Below are positions 26,501 through 38,350 of a DNA stretch of 64,000 nt, piece by piece. The first letter of the stretch is position 1. Every line of letters begins with the position of its first letter. The DNA comes from Vicugna vicugna (taxonomy: Eukaryota). The stretch spans positions 1,860,001 through 1,924,000 of the forward strand of contig MU057711.1 in assembly GCA_013265495.1 (NCBI GenBank), read 5' to 3'. The position numbers and the translations under genes are program-made. The notes beneath the pieces are model-generated. The model did no database searches. It was not told the DNA's origin and saw nothing but the letters and a program-made list of their open reading frames with translations.

Positions 26501-29500
26501 AAAAGAGTGTTACATTTTAAATGTCTAATGATTTAAATAAAGCACTGACACTCTTAACGCCCATACTCAAACAATGGGGTATAATTGTGTTATTCACGTG
26601 ATAAATGAGTGACATTGATATAGGAAAAAAACTTTCAAATTCACACACAGGTGATGCGGATGGGAGCAGAAGACAAGCTTAAGTTGTAAGCTTAAGATTT
26701 TCTTCTTTCAACACCTTCAGGGTAGCCCTGTGGCTCCTCAGGGGTCAGGAGCCAGGTGATGGCTGTGCTCCGGACACCAGGATGAGCCTGTGCTGGGCTG
26801 GGGTGGGCCAGCCCTAACTGGGCACTGGCAGCCAGCACCCCAGAGATCTCAAGAGATCCTGGCTGTGAACACAGGCACAGAGGTGAGAAACTGGAGGCCT
26901 GGGTATAGGATGAGGGGCATCTGTTCCTGTTTGTGTACGGTGGCTCAGGACATGCGTCCCAGATGGTGTTGTGTAATAAAGAATTTGGGGCAAGGATATG
27001 CTGCTTTCCTAGAGAATTTTCCTCGAGTATTTTCAGGAATACCCAAAGCCCATCTCCCTAGGCCGGCTCCTCCCTGTGACCTCCAGGGGTTCAGAGGTGC
27101 TCACTATGTCAGAGAGATGGAGGAGACCTAGCCCTCTCCAGAAGGCCCCGGAAGAGGCCAGTAGCCCCTAAGAGTGAGCAGCCTCCATGTGGTTCACACG
27201 GGGGGCCCAAAGGCATCTCCAAGTAGCTTTACAAAGGGCAGCAACAGGCTGGGGTGTTGCCAGCTGGAGACGAGTCTGTGAGTTGCAGCTGGGAGGGCTG
27301 TCCTCCCCCAGACAGAAAACCCAGGGTGGGTCCTCCCTCACAATGGCCATATCTCTGGACCCCACAAGGCCCCACAGGCTCCCGGGGCAGTGACCCAGCC
27401 CAGCCGCAAGATAACTCAACAGCCAAAGGACTGTGGGTGGTACCTCTCCTGGGTCCACCCAGGCACTGTGGCCTGGACTGCTTCATGCTGTCCACCACCC
27501 ACTGGGGAAGGCTGCCTCCTCTCCAGACCCTACCTCACCCTATCTAATCCCTTTGGAGTGTCCTGTTCCAGGCAAAAGGAAACAGAGCCACCATACACTG
27601 ACTGTCGCCCCAGTGTGCCTGGAGGTGCACTGGCCCTTCATTCTCATGACCCCTCTGAATCACCATGCCAGTGAGGCCTCAATGGCCCCATTTCACAGAG
27701 GGGTAAACTAAGGCTCACAAACAAGTTAATTGCTAAAGATCACAGGCTTTGGGCAGAGAAAGACTTTGAACACACGACTGGTTCAAAATCCAAATCATCT
27801 GCTTTTCTTTCCACGGTGTGACACCATCTCCCAAAGATTCTTAGAGCTTCCACCCCATCACTGCTCATAATAACAGCAATGATAATAATAATAAACATCT
27901 CTCACAAAACAGTGCAGACCAGAGAGGTTCGAGAGGAGGCAGCAATGAGGTGGTGTTGGGTTAAGCAAATGAGTTCCTCATGCCTCAAACAGAACTCCAG
28001 GCGGTGCCCGTGGGAAGCCATGCCCGTCCTGGTCCAGGCGCGTGGAGAGCAGCACTCAACGTCATTCCCAATGAGAACGGGGTCAGAGGAGAGGGAGATG
28101 GAGACTGTGAAACAAGGAGGCCAAAGAGTGTGTCCCTTTCCCTCCCGGCAAGAGGGCAGGGCATGTCAGCCACCAGCTTTCAAAGGAGGAAAATGGAAAA
28201 TCAGGGAAGCTTCCTTCCCGTGCTCCCCACAGCCCCAGACGGAACTGTGTGCCCGGAGCAGGCCCGGCAGAACCACAACCAGCTGTGGCCCGGCGGGAGG
28301 GGGCAGCCAGGGGCCATCCCCCGACCCCAGCTCTCCCAGGTTGAGGATGGCAGGCTGGGGGGTTGGGGGGAGGCTCCAGAGAGGGGCCAGGAGGTCTGCG
28401 GGCAAACTTAATGAACTCCTGGGAGCCAGTTCCTGTCTAGCCAGACGCAGCCCCTGGGGAGTGTGTGGAGACAGGAGGGGCAACCTCCCCCCACCCCCGC
28501 CATGCCGTTGGCTCCAGCCTGAGGCACAGGTATCTGCTCGGGGTCACTGATTACTTCCTTCTCAGAAGCAGGCCCACGGCTGTTGACTTTGGGCCTCTGG
28601 TCACTAGAAGCGGGGTCTGCAGCGGCCGTTCCTTAGTGGGGAAGGATTTGGCCAGACCAGGACAGGGATGTGCTTCAGAAAGGAGTAAACACAGCCCAAA
28701 ATAGTATCCTCTGGGTCAAGACGCATGTATATTAAGAGTACGTGCTACAAAGAGATACTCTAGTCTGCCAGGGCCCTCACCCTCTTGGCAGTTTCTGGCC
28801 TCTGAACTTTCTAACTTGTAGAAAGAAAAGCAGTCACCTTCTGGGCCTCTCCCAGCTGGGAAGACGCTTGTGGCTGTGCAAACATTCCCTCCGTGGGACA
28901 GGACAACTCAATGACCAAGAACTTGGGATCTGCAGTCAGATTGTCATGGGTTGGCCCCCAGGCCCTACCACATCCAGGCTGGGCGAGCTTGAGCAAGTTA
29001 CTGAACATTTCTGGGCCTCAGTTTCTTGATAGGTAAAAAGAAAGGATCCCCAAAGTACGCAGAGAGATGTTGCTAAGAGAGACGTTGGGGTGTTAAAGGC
29101 TGGGCATCTGAGAAGTGGCCAGCAGGGTGGCTGGCACAATGTAAGTGTGGATAACCGGCCTTGGGAAGATTATCAGCTTGAGGCCAGGCACAGAATAATT
29201 GCTTAGTTTCTCCTGATGCAAAGGAACCGGGCCACTGCCCCACTGCCCCATTTCTTCTGCAGAGTACTTCACGTGTGAGTAGCCCCACCCACGGGCTGGA
29301 AGGGAGAAAATTAGGTTTTCTCCTTCCCCATCCTCTCCTCCCTCAGAACCCCAGCACGCACCCCTGAAGCACAGAGCTGCGGGAGGCAAACCAGCAAGCC
29401 CATGGTGGAGCCAGGCCTCAGACCTCACAAGGAAGCGAGCGCCCCCGGGGGGTCGGGAGGAGGCAGAGAATGGGATCCACTGGACCCAGTGGTTCCCACC

Positions 29501-29908
29501 AAGGACCGACACCTGGACCCTGCCCCCCACCCGCCAGAGCAGAGAAGCCCTGAAGCCACCTCATCCACCTTGCTGGCAGCAAGCACAGAATCAAAGGGGA
29601 CCAGCCACACATGGGGGAAGGTTCCAGAAAGGGACCCAGGGAGGGAGCTGAGTACAGCCAAACTCCAGAGGTGGGAGGCTGCCCACCCACAGGCAATGTG
29701 CCAGATAAAAAGCCACTTGCAGGGTTTTAGCACATTTCCCTATCTACTCTCTTTATGCAATCTCTGCAGGAGATATTATTGCCCCTGCTGCTTAGATGGG
29801 AAACTAAGAATTAGTAAAAGATCTCTCACCCCCGCGCCCATAGCCTAGAACTGTGCCTGGCACATAGTATGAGCTTAATAAATATTTCCCAAATAGATAA
29901 ATGAGAGA

Positions 29909-30032
29909 GGGGAGGGTATAGCTCAAGTGGTAGAGTGCATGTGTAGCATGCAGAAGGTTCAATCCCCAGTACGTCCATTAAATAAATAAATAGGTAAACC
30001 TAATTACCTACCTCCCCCAAAAAAATCTTTTT
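29909..30032 (+). mobile_element. tRNA-Ala-derived SINE (vic-1-like) with a small internal deletion
   Basis: GGGGAGGGTATAGCTCAAGTGGTAGAG...GGTTCAATCCCCAGTACGTCCA plus a tail (TAAATAAA...TAATTACC...CCCCC AAAA) shared with the other copies. Confidence 0.9.
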
Positions 30033-30139
30033 AATGAGTACAGAATCCCTATGAGTTCCCTTATGGAACACAGACTATCATGTATTCACTTCCTAATTGA
30101 GTGCAGGAGAGTTAATGAATAAGTGGGTGAATAGATGAA

Positions 30140-30385
30140 AACAGCAACAGCTAACATTAAGTTAAGTGCTTATTACATGCCAAGCATTGCTCCGAGTGCT
30201 TTATATGGGTTAACTCACTTGATTCTCATAACAACCCTGTAAGGGATATGTACTATTATTGGTTCCATTTTACAGATGAGGAAACTGAGACCTGGAAAGT
30301 TAAATAACTGGCTTAATGTTATACAGTAAGTAAGAAGCAGAACTAGGATTAGAACCCAGGTCGCTGGGCTCCTATGCAATGCATG
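30140..30385 (-). mobile_element. MIR SINE, near full length
   Basis: Core CCATTTTACAGATGAGGAAACTGAG, CTCATAACAACCCTGT and AAGTGCTTATTACATGCCAAGCA. Confidence 0.9.
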
Positions 30386-30424
30386 AACAAAGTAAGAAGG
30401 ATGCTTACTGATGATGAGGTGGAA

Positions 30425-30860
30425 TGCCCCAGGCTTTTTAGCCTGGCCAGCATCAACCCCACCTTCTATAAGAGCAACTCTGTCTTCCTTGAGCAAACAC
30501 CCCTCCCCCAAGTGATTCAGGTACCCCAGGCCTAGCCAGATAGCACTGCATCCCCCAGCCACAGAGACGGGTTTGGGGATGGGCACATGACCAATCCGGA
30601 CCAATCAGAGTGCACCCTGAGAGTTTCTTACACTGCAAGAAAGAGATGTTCAACCTCAGCAAGGAGGATATGCATGTGGAGTCCGGCAGGGAGGGGGATT
30701 AAAACTTGCCCCCTCTAGGGAAGAGCCTGGCTGAGAATGAAGCCAACAAACAGGAAAGCAGAGACGCAAGAACACGAGAGGAGAACTCCTAAGGCTCCAG
30801 CCGTGCCTGAAGGTCTATTCCCAAGCCAGTTTGAGATGTGCCTCCATTCCTTGCAACTGT
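30425..30860 (+). mobile_element. MaLR LTR remnant (MLT1J/K-like)
   Basis: GCCACAG...GGATGGGCACATGACCAA...CCAATCAGAG, CTGAGAATGAAGCCAACA, CCAGCCGTGCCTGAAG, AAGCCAGTTTGAG. Confidence 0.75.
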
Positions 30861-32139
30861 GATCCCTGACCAATGTCATAGTTCAGCTCCCCATTTTGTA
30901 AATGAGGGCTCAGAACAGGTGGGAGACTTGGTCAAGTTCACAGTCAATGTCAGGACCAAGGCTAGAGCCGAGTCTCACAGGCACCCCTCTGCCAGTGTCC
31001 ACTGCATTGCTCCTCCATCTCTGTCTGACATGGATCTCCTGCTCTGTTCATTTCTGTGGACCCCTATAATGAGCATAGGGATGAGGATGCTTAATATTTG
31101 ATGAATGGAAAGGAGAGAAGGAGGAAGGGAAAGCAGGAGGGAGATGGGTGGGCAACTAAACTCCTGGAGGTCCAACACTGCTCTTACCTGTCTCGGCTTC
31201 ACCATGTACTGGGCACAGTGCCTGGCAGAGAGTGGGTTCCAGTGAGTGGAAGAGGAGTTCTCATCACAAAGCATGAGTCTTCATTCTGCCAAATGACTAT
31301 GGAGAGGGTTCCATAAATCGTAACAGCTAAGGGCATTTTCAGTAGGACTTGATTTGTAAAACTCCTAACTGCACACATGGTTTTGTACCTCCAGCCACTT
31401 CTCAAAGCACTTTTTTGCCCATAATAAGAACAACCAATCTCTGCTCCTCTGTAAGATGGGATGGCAAATTGTGCTGCCCAGGCACTGAGATGTCCTTTGA
31501 CGTGCCTTTCTCTCTGTCTCTTTAGGATCTGTGGGCTTTCCAAGGGTTGAATGCCCTACACCTTCCTCTCCCACAAAGGGCAGGACTCAAGTTGGCCTCC
31601 GAGGAAAGGGAGGGGGAGACTCTGGCCTCCTCCTTCCAGGAAGGACTCTGAGGCTCCTGGCCAGGGCAGGCACCCCGGGGCCACAGAGTGGGCAAAGGGG
31701 ACCAGGCAGCCAGTTTTGGTTACACGTAACAGCTTCTTGGCACAGTGTTAGGAGAGCCTCGGGAAACTCTTGTGCGCATTTCCAAGATACAAAATATGGT
31801 CCAGTATCACGGGAAGAGGTGAATCTCTGCAATTAAGCAAAAGCTGGTAAAATATGCGTGACACCTGCCCACACCCCAACACCTACTGAAGACAGGCGAG
31901 TGCGGCCCTGGGACCCCTCTGGCTTCCATCTGCACAAACCACTCACCTTGTGGCTGGGATCCCGGCCCTTCCCTCCCTGGACCCCTTCCTCGGCTCTACA
32001 CCAGCCAGGTCGGACTAATCATCCCTCGACAAGCCCACAGTTTCATTTTGTTTGGTCACGAAGCCAAAAGGGCACTGGCTCTGGAGCCGAGAGGCTCTGG
32101 GCCAAACTCCAGTCCAGACCAGACAACTTTAACAGGAGG

Positions 32140-32330
32140 AGCAGCTCTTGTTTACAGTGTGCTTACTGCGCACACTCCGAGCCCTCGACACCAAGTTCAC
32201 TGCATCCTCCCAACACTCCCATGAGGTAGCTCCTACTATTAGCCCCACTTTACAGATAAGGAGACTGAGGCGCAGAGATGCTCAGGAAATTAACCAGTCA
32301 CAGAGTTTGCAAGGGACGGAGCTGTATGAT
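32140..32330 (-). mobile_element. MIR SINE fragment
   Basis: CCATGAGGTAG..CTATTAGCCCCACTTTACAGATAAGGAGACTGAGGCGCAGAGA. Confidence 0.8.
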
Positions 32331-34259
32331 TCTGGGCAGACTTATTTATCCTCTTGGAGTCTCAGAGGACTATCCGTAAAATGGAACCAAATGCCCGGCT
32401 CTCAACGTTACTGTGAGAATTCAGAGTGATCAGGAAAAAAAGCCAAGCTCTGTGGCCCAGAAATCACCCTTTTCCCCACTTCCTCCCACTTGAAAGACTG
32501 AGGTGCTCAAGTTCCCACCGCGCCAGGTGGGTATTAAAGTCAGAGACAGACAGGGTAAGGACATGCTCTGAATTCAGTGACACATGTCCTCATACAAGGG
32601 ATATTATTGTTGTTGTTATTATTATTATTATTGATTTGAAAGGCACTGATTTAAATAATTGGGCCATAGTGAGCTCTAGCTTCAAACAAAAGAAAATGAA
32701 ACAAGGCTGCCAGAGAAAGACCCCCAACCACAGGCTCCCCATGGCGCCAGATTCCAAAAACCTGATTCCATTGGCCACATTCTCAAGGTGTTTTTCCACC
32801 TCTGGTGGTGGCTTTGGGAGCAGGAGGCCCAGGCCCGCCTGGCCAGGCTGGCCTCTCCCCTCTGCCCCTTTGAAGTGCCCAGCATGGGGTGAGCTGGAAG
32901 GAAACCCTGGGCCGCAGAGGCAGGCTGTGGCGGCACCTACCCGCCCCCACCCGGCCACCTCCCCCTCATTGTGCAGCCTGACTGGGCCTTTGTTGGTGGA
33001 GCCCAGGCAGGGGACAGCCAGGGACCTGGCCTCATTATGTGCCTGACCTCAGGCAAGCCCCCTCCCCCCCAGGGTGGAAGGTTAACGTAGCTGCCCGCCA
33101 TGCAGGCCTGGGCCTCCGGGAGGCCTCCTTCCAGGGACAAAGGACCAGCCCCCTTCCTTCTCTCCAGGCCCCAAAACAGCTGCCGGCCTGCAGAGCCCAT
33201 TCAGGAGGGAGGCTGAGGGGCCTGGAGGCGTGCTGTCCCAGGCTTTGAAGGCTCAGAAGTCACCAGGGGGCCTCCATTCCAAACCTCCTTCCTCCCACCC
33301 AGTAGGGGAGACAAAGCTCAGGGGAGCTGCCCCAGGGCCAATGCAGGAATGCCGGTAGTCAGCCCAGGGGGAGGAGGCTGGCTGGGAGGGGCCAGCCCAC
33401 ACCTCTCTCTCACTACACGGGGACTGCTGCCACGCAGGGCTGATGTCAACCCCTCAGCAAGGAAGGACGAGGTGGACCCGATGAGGGATCAGAATCAAAT
33501 CAGAAGTCCTGCCCCAGTGGGCCCCTTTGTCAGCTGGCTTCTGGTACAAGGTCCATGTCACCTAGCCAGAGATGGGCTGGGAGCAGGGCAGCTCCCAGCA
33601 AGAAGAAAGGCCAGAAAATGTGTGGGTGGGACACAAAAGTCCCTCTGACTTACAGTGTCACCTTCCAATGGGAGGTCTCCTCTCTTTACTATTAGCTACC
33701 TACCAAGTAGGATCCAGGTAGAATCACCTGCCTCCCTCATACCATTTCCAGTTACTCGGAGGTCCGTGCCTCACATGCCGGACGGACACACCGTTTTACT
33801 GTGCACTAATTTTAATTTCAGAAGACCCCAGGGAAAATTTTTGGAGTGTTTTATTTGCTTAAGATCCTGGAGCCTACACGGGGGCTCTCTGGAGCACAGC
33901 GGGACTCGCTCAGGAGCCAGCAAGCCGGGCCGTGCAGAGGAGTGGGTGTGAGTGCAGAGTTGTGCGTTCACGCGCATCTCTGCAAGCAGGTGTGTCCCAG
34001 CGTGTGCACAACAAAAGGCCGGCTGAACGCCTCACCTACGGAGCAGGCGGGCAGCATGAGCCCGTGGCAACAGCCTGGTTGGCCCATTGTTGAGAAGAAG
34101 GGCTGCTTTTCAAGGGACAAAAAAGGTAGAGGGGGACAGGACGACATGCTCGGGAGAAGCAGGCACATCTTTACGCGGCATAAACTGCTGTCCCATTATC
34201 AGCGCCATCTCCCTGGGCAGCATCGCGTAGGAGGCGTGCGTGTGCAAACATGTGCGCGG

Positions 34260-34263
34260 GCGT

Positions 34264-34310
<47 letters not shown>

Positions 34311-34312
34311 CA
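34260..34312. repeat. (TG)n microsatellite with CG flanks
   Basis: 53 bp of alternation, including about (TG)17 and CGCGCG. Confidence 0.95.
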
Positions 34313-37179
34313 GGGACTGGCCGGGCTCACATTGTCCTGCCCAGCCAGGAGACACAGCGCCCGACACTCTTACAAAGACATCGATTTTTCCTCCTTTCCT
34401 TCCAGAGCAAGACCAGATGAGCTCCCAGAGTGACACGTCCTTAACTTTTCAATGGGATTTTCTTTTCTGACTTGTTTGTTTGTAATATATATTTTAAAAC
34501 CCAGTCTCTAATTGTGCCTCTTCTCGGCCGTATCTCCCGGGCTCCCACCCGCCCCTCAAAACAAGGAGGGCATGTGTTGATTATCTGAGCCAGCAGGCTG
34601 CTCGTGGGGCATCCTGGGCTCTGAGAATGCCAGGGGGTTAGAAATTGGGGGGGGGGGATTAATTGCCAAGAAAACACAAGGCTGTGCTGTGACTTTGATT
34701 CCATCAATTACCATTATCTTTCTCCGCAGGTCTGCCAACCATCCCCCGGAACCGGCCCTGTGTTTAACTTTCTTTGCCAGTCCTGATACCCCATCAGATT
34801 TCTGGCTGTGCCACGCCGCCCGCCTGGGCTCCTTCTGGACCCTTATCAGCCTCTCCCAGTCAGCCTGGCCCGGCACAGCTGTTCCAGGCCCTCAGCCCCT
34901 CACTTTATCTGCTCGCACAGACCTCAGCCTGGCAAGCGGCAGGCCCGGGCGCCTGCTCCACATTCCCCAGGAAGCCGGCTGGGAACACAGCCGCCCTGCT
35001 CCCAGCATCCTCTGGGAGTTCATTACCAGCCAGGGTACCCCAACCCGGCAGCCAAGGTGCCGGCCGCACCGCCCAGCCTCGCCGCCGGCATCATTAAAAC
35101 TCCAACCTTCTGAAGAGAAGAAAGAACAAAACCACAAATTTAGATTAATAAAGCATTTGTTGATTCTACAGCAATTTAGCAGGCCCCTAAGAAACCCACC
35201 AGAGACCCGCGGAGCTCCAGTAATTTTCTGTTATATTATCTTTCTTGTAAAATACTTCCCCAGACAGAGTTCCCAAAGGGGCTCAAATATCACTGTGACT
35301 AACCAAAATCAATGTGCACTCACCTATTGACATTTTTACATAGTTTTTGGATTTAGTATCCAGCCGAAAACACAATCAACTCCTCTGCCAAGGAACCGAC
35401 AGGCACTTAGCTAGTCAGCTATTAGTGTTACAAAGGAAAAAATGCAGGCACCCAGGGGAGCAGGGCGAGGAGGCACTGACGTCAGGGGGTAATTGGGTGT
35501 CTGAGAGAAATTGCCAGCGGCTGGCCGGCTCCCCCGGGGCCGCACAAAGCTGAGCTGTAACTCTAATAAAGGAGAGGAAATTCTAGAAAAGGGGGCTTTG
35601 CTACAAAGGAGCCCGGGCAGACAAAAATAGCCCTTTGGAAATAAATAAATAAACGTGGCCAAAGCATATAGATCTAAAAAATAAAATAAATCACTGCACA
35701 GAGGCGGCTTTCTGGCCTCCCTTCCCTGGACATCTGTCTGGGGCTCATGGACTCCGCCTCCCCCGCCCCAACGCTTCCTCTTTGGAACCGCATGGAGTTT
35801 AGTGCTGGACGCAGGTTTGCCATCCATTTTGGCATGTAGGGTGGGTCTTCTAAAGCACCTAAGTTTGCAATCCCCTCTTTCCCAAAGGCAGTGTCTCCAG
35901 TGTTTACTTTGAGGCACACAAGGAGAAGGAATTTCTATTGTTTCGTTTTGGGTTGTTTTTATGGATTTGGTTTTGGGTTATTTGGGGGAGGAGGTGCTGT
36001 TATAATGCCACCTTTATTCAGTGAAAATTTTACAGGTTCTTGCCACATGGCCCAGGCCTCTTCTGGAAAAAGTCTGTATTCTTGGGAAGTGGGTTAAATT
36101 TTCTTCCTGTACCGTTCCCCGCCCATTTCTAGGGCTCTCAACCCTGAGGTCAGAGGCTATGGATGCATCGGAGCAGACTTCACTATCTCCCCAAAATGGG
36201 GCCAAAGTCTCTTCAAGGAAGGAGGACAGAAAAACGGCGGCTTCTACCCCACAGCGCAAGAACCAGGCCCCAGGCGGTGACACGGCCTCCCGTGGGAGTC
36301 TGCAGCCCTCAGAGGACCAGGGAGGGGGCGGGAGAGGAGGGTCCGAGACCCAGGCGCTGCTGGGAAACGCAGGCCTTCCTGGCCAGGCGGGAGGGGTGGC
36401 GGCTTGGGGAAAGAAATGGCAAGACCGGGATTCCTAGGGTCAGGTTCTATTTTGTCGCTTTGAAAGAAAAAGGAAAAATAGGCCCAGAATTTTTTTTTTA
36501 AAAAAAAGAAGAAGAAGAAAGAAAAAGAAAAAAGCAGAATGCACTCCAACCCAAAGCTACTTGGAAATTGGTCTGAACAAAGGTCTTCAGCTAAAAATGT
36601 CAAGTCAGCGCCACAGGGTTCCCTGCCCTCTCGTCTCCGGGCCCCTGCTGAAGCCCATGGGGCCTGCTGGGAGGAGAAAAGGCGCCTCCTGGGGTCTGCC
36701 CGGGGCTGTGAGCCCAAGCCCCACGCCATCAAGACACCCCAGGAGCCACCACAGCTTCCTGGCTGGGGGGTTGGGGGCGGCTGGATCACAGAAGGCCCAA
36801 TTCCTTTCCTCACCACCCGCCCAGGGTTGGCAGGGAGGAGGAAAATCCAACTGGAAAAAAAAAAGAAAAGGGGGGATCCTACAACTGACAGCCCCTGGGA
36901 GAGAACCAGAGCTCAGGAACGCGCCAGCCAAGCGCCCTGGCACCAAATCACAAACCTTGAATCAATGATGCAGTCGCTTAATTAATCAGCCCGCTCAGGG
37001 TGGGTGCAGAGGATCTGTGTGAGTGTCTGACCCAACCAGCTCCTGATGGGCAAACCCCCCTCCTCGGGCCCCCTCTTCTGGACCCACGGGACCACAGATG
37101 GTTGAGCACCGTCTGGGAGTCTCACCGAGGGGGGAAAATGTGAGTTCTCGAGTCCCCTGTGTGATCCAGCCACTCTGGC

Positions 37180-37240
37180 AGAAAGGAGGGAGGAGGGAGG
37201 GAGGAGGAGGCAGGAGGGAGGAGGAGCGAGGAGGGAGGGT
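37180..37240 (+). repeat. (GGA/GGGA)n polypurine tract
   Basis: About 60 bp of almost only G and A. Confidence 0.9.
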
Positions 37241-38149
37241 CTTATCAGCAACTTAGAATTTCTTGGCCTTGGCTGCTGCAAGTTAGCACTCTCAATGTTA
37301 TTTTCTTGTCCCAGTCAATGAGACTGTAATAGAAATAGAGAGAGCAAGGGACCTCTTTTCAGCAAGCCAGTAAGTGCCAGATTTAGAAGGGAAAAAAGGC
37401 AGCTGAAATTAACCCCAATGCTTAACATGTTGAAGCCCTGTAACTTGTAAAAATCAGTACGGAAGGTGACAGTAGAGGCTGGAACAAGTCACATGCAGAA
37501 GCTGGGGGGAGGGGGGTATTGGGGGACAGGAAAGCACCCTGTCCTTTCAAGACTTCAGCAACAAAATGCTTGCAAAAAAAGTAGTCAGCAACCTCGATAC
37601 TTCCTATTCTGATGGCCCCAACTGGGAAAGAGGGTTTGAAACCAGTTCGCACGGGGGTTGGCCTGTCTCCAAGGTTGATTTTCTCATCTTTAATGCACAG
37701 AAGGGAGGGGAGGGGAGCAAGCAGGCCAACATCTCAAACCGACCCCAAACAGTTAATGATAATGAGACTGAGCGTGACAGGAGTTTAACAGCTCTGAGGA
37801 AGAGGGAGACCCGAGCTGAGGTGTTTTCCATTACCAAAAAGAAAAATAATTTATTTTTAAACAATACCCCTCGACACTGGGTGTTTAAAGAGAATATATT
37901 CCAGCCCCTGAAATATCAAAGTGCGATTTAAAAATAGAAAAGTCATTTCCCCCCTTCCCTGTCGCAGATTTTACTGTAGCGTTCTAGAAGGCAGATTAAA
38001 TGAAGGAAGCTCAAACACACTCAATTTTGTCCTTTAGCAAATTCTTCTCTTTCACTCTTGCATGAAGAAAAAAAATCTCCCCACAGAGTTTTTCTCTTCT
38101 TCCTGGTGTGGATCTGGGCCCCTGCAGTGCCCTGTGTAATTTCCAGTTC

Positions 38150-38350
38150 CTCAGAATTCAGGTATTAATAAAGACCCCATGGGGACTTCCAACAATATAA
38201 CCCTACATTTTGAGGCATTATGAAAGGAAACCCCCAGGGGTCTGTGGCTCAAATTTCTGAAATGTAGGCATTGTAAAAGGCACCCCAGGGGATGCCCGCA
38301 ATAGAAATCTGCTGAATTCAAAGCATTTTGGAAGTCCTGGTGGGAGTCAT
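38150..38350. promoter_or_regulatory. Degenerate ~53-bp-period array of CCC-NN-GGG palindromes (candidate ZNF423/EBF site cluster)
   Basis: Units start at 38160, 38213 and 38266, with a weaker one at 38321. Each reads AGG(C/T)ATT-N3-AAAG followed by CCCC..GGGG. Confidence 0.55.

Noticed and set aside
38150..38350. CRISPR-like repeat-spacer reading of the periodic array
   Set aside because: Mammalian intron, degenerate repeats, only 3-4 units and no cas genes. It is better explained as a transcription-factor site array.
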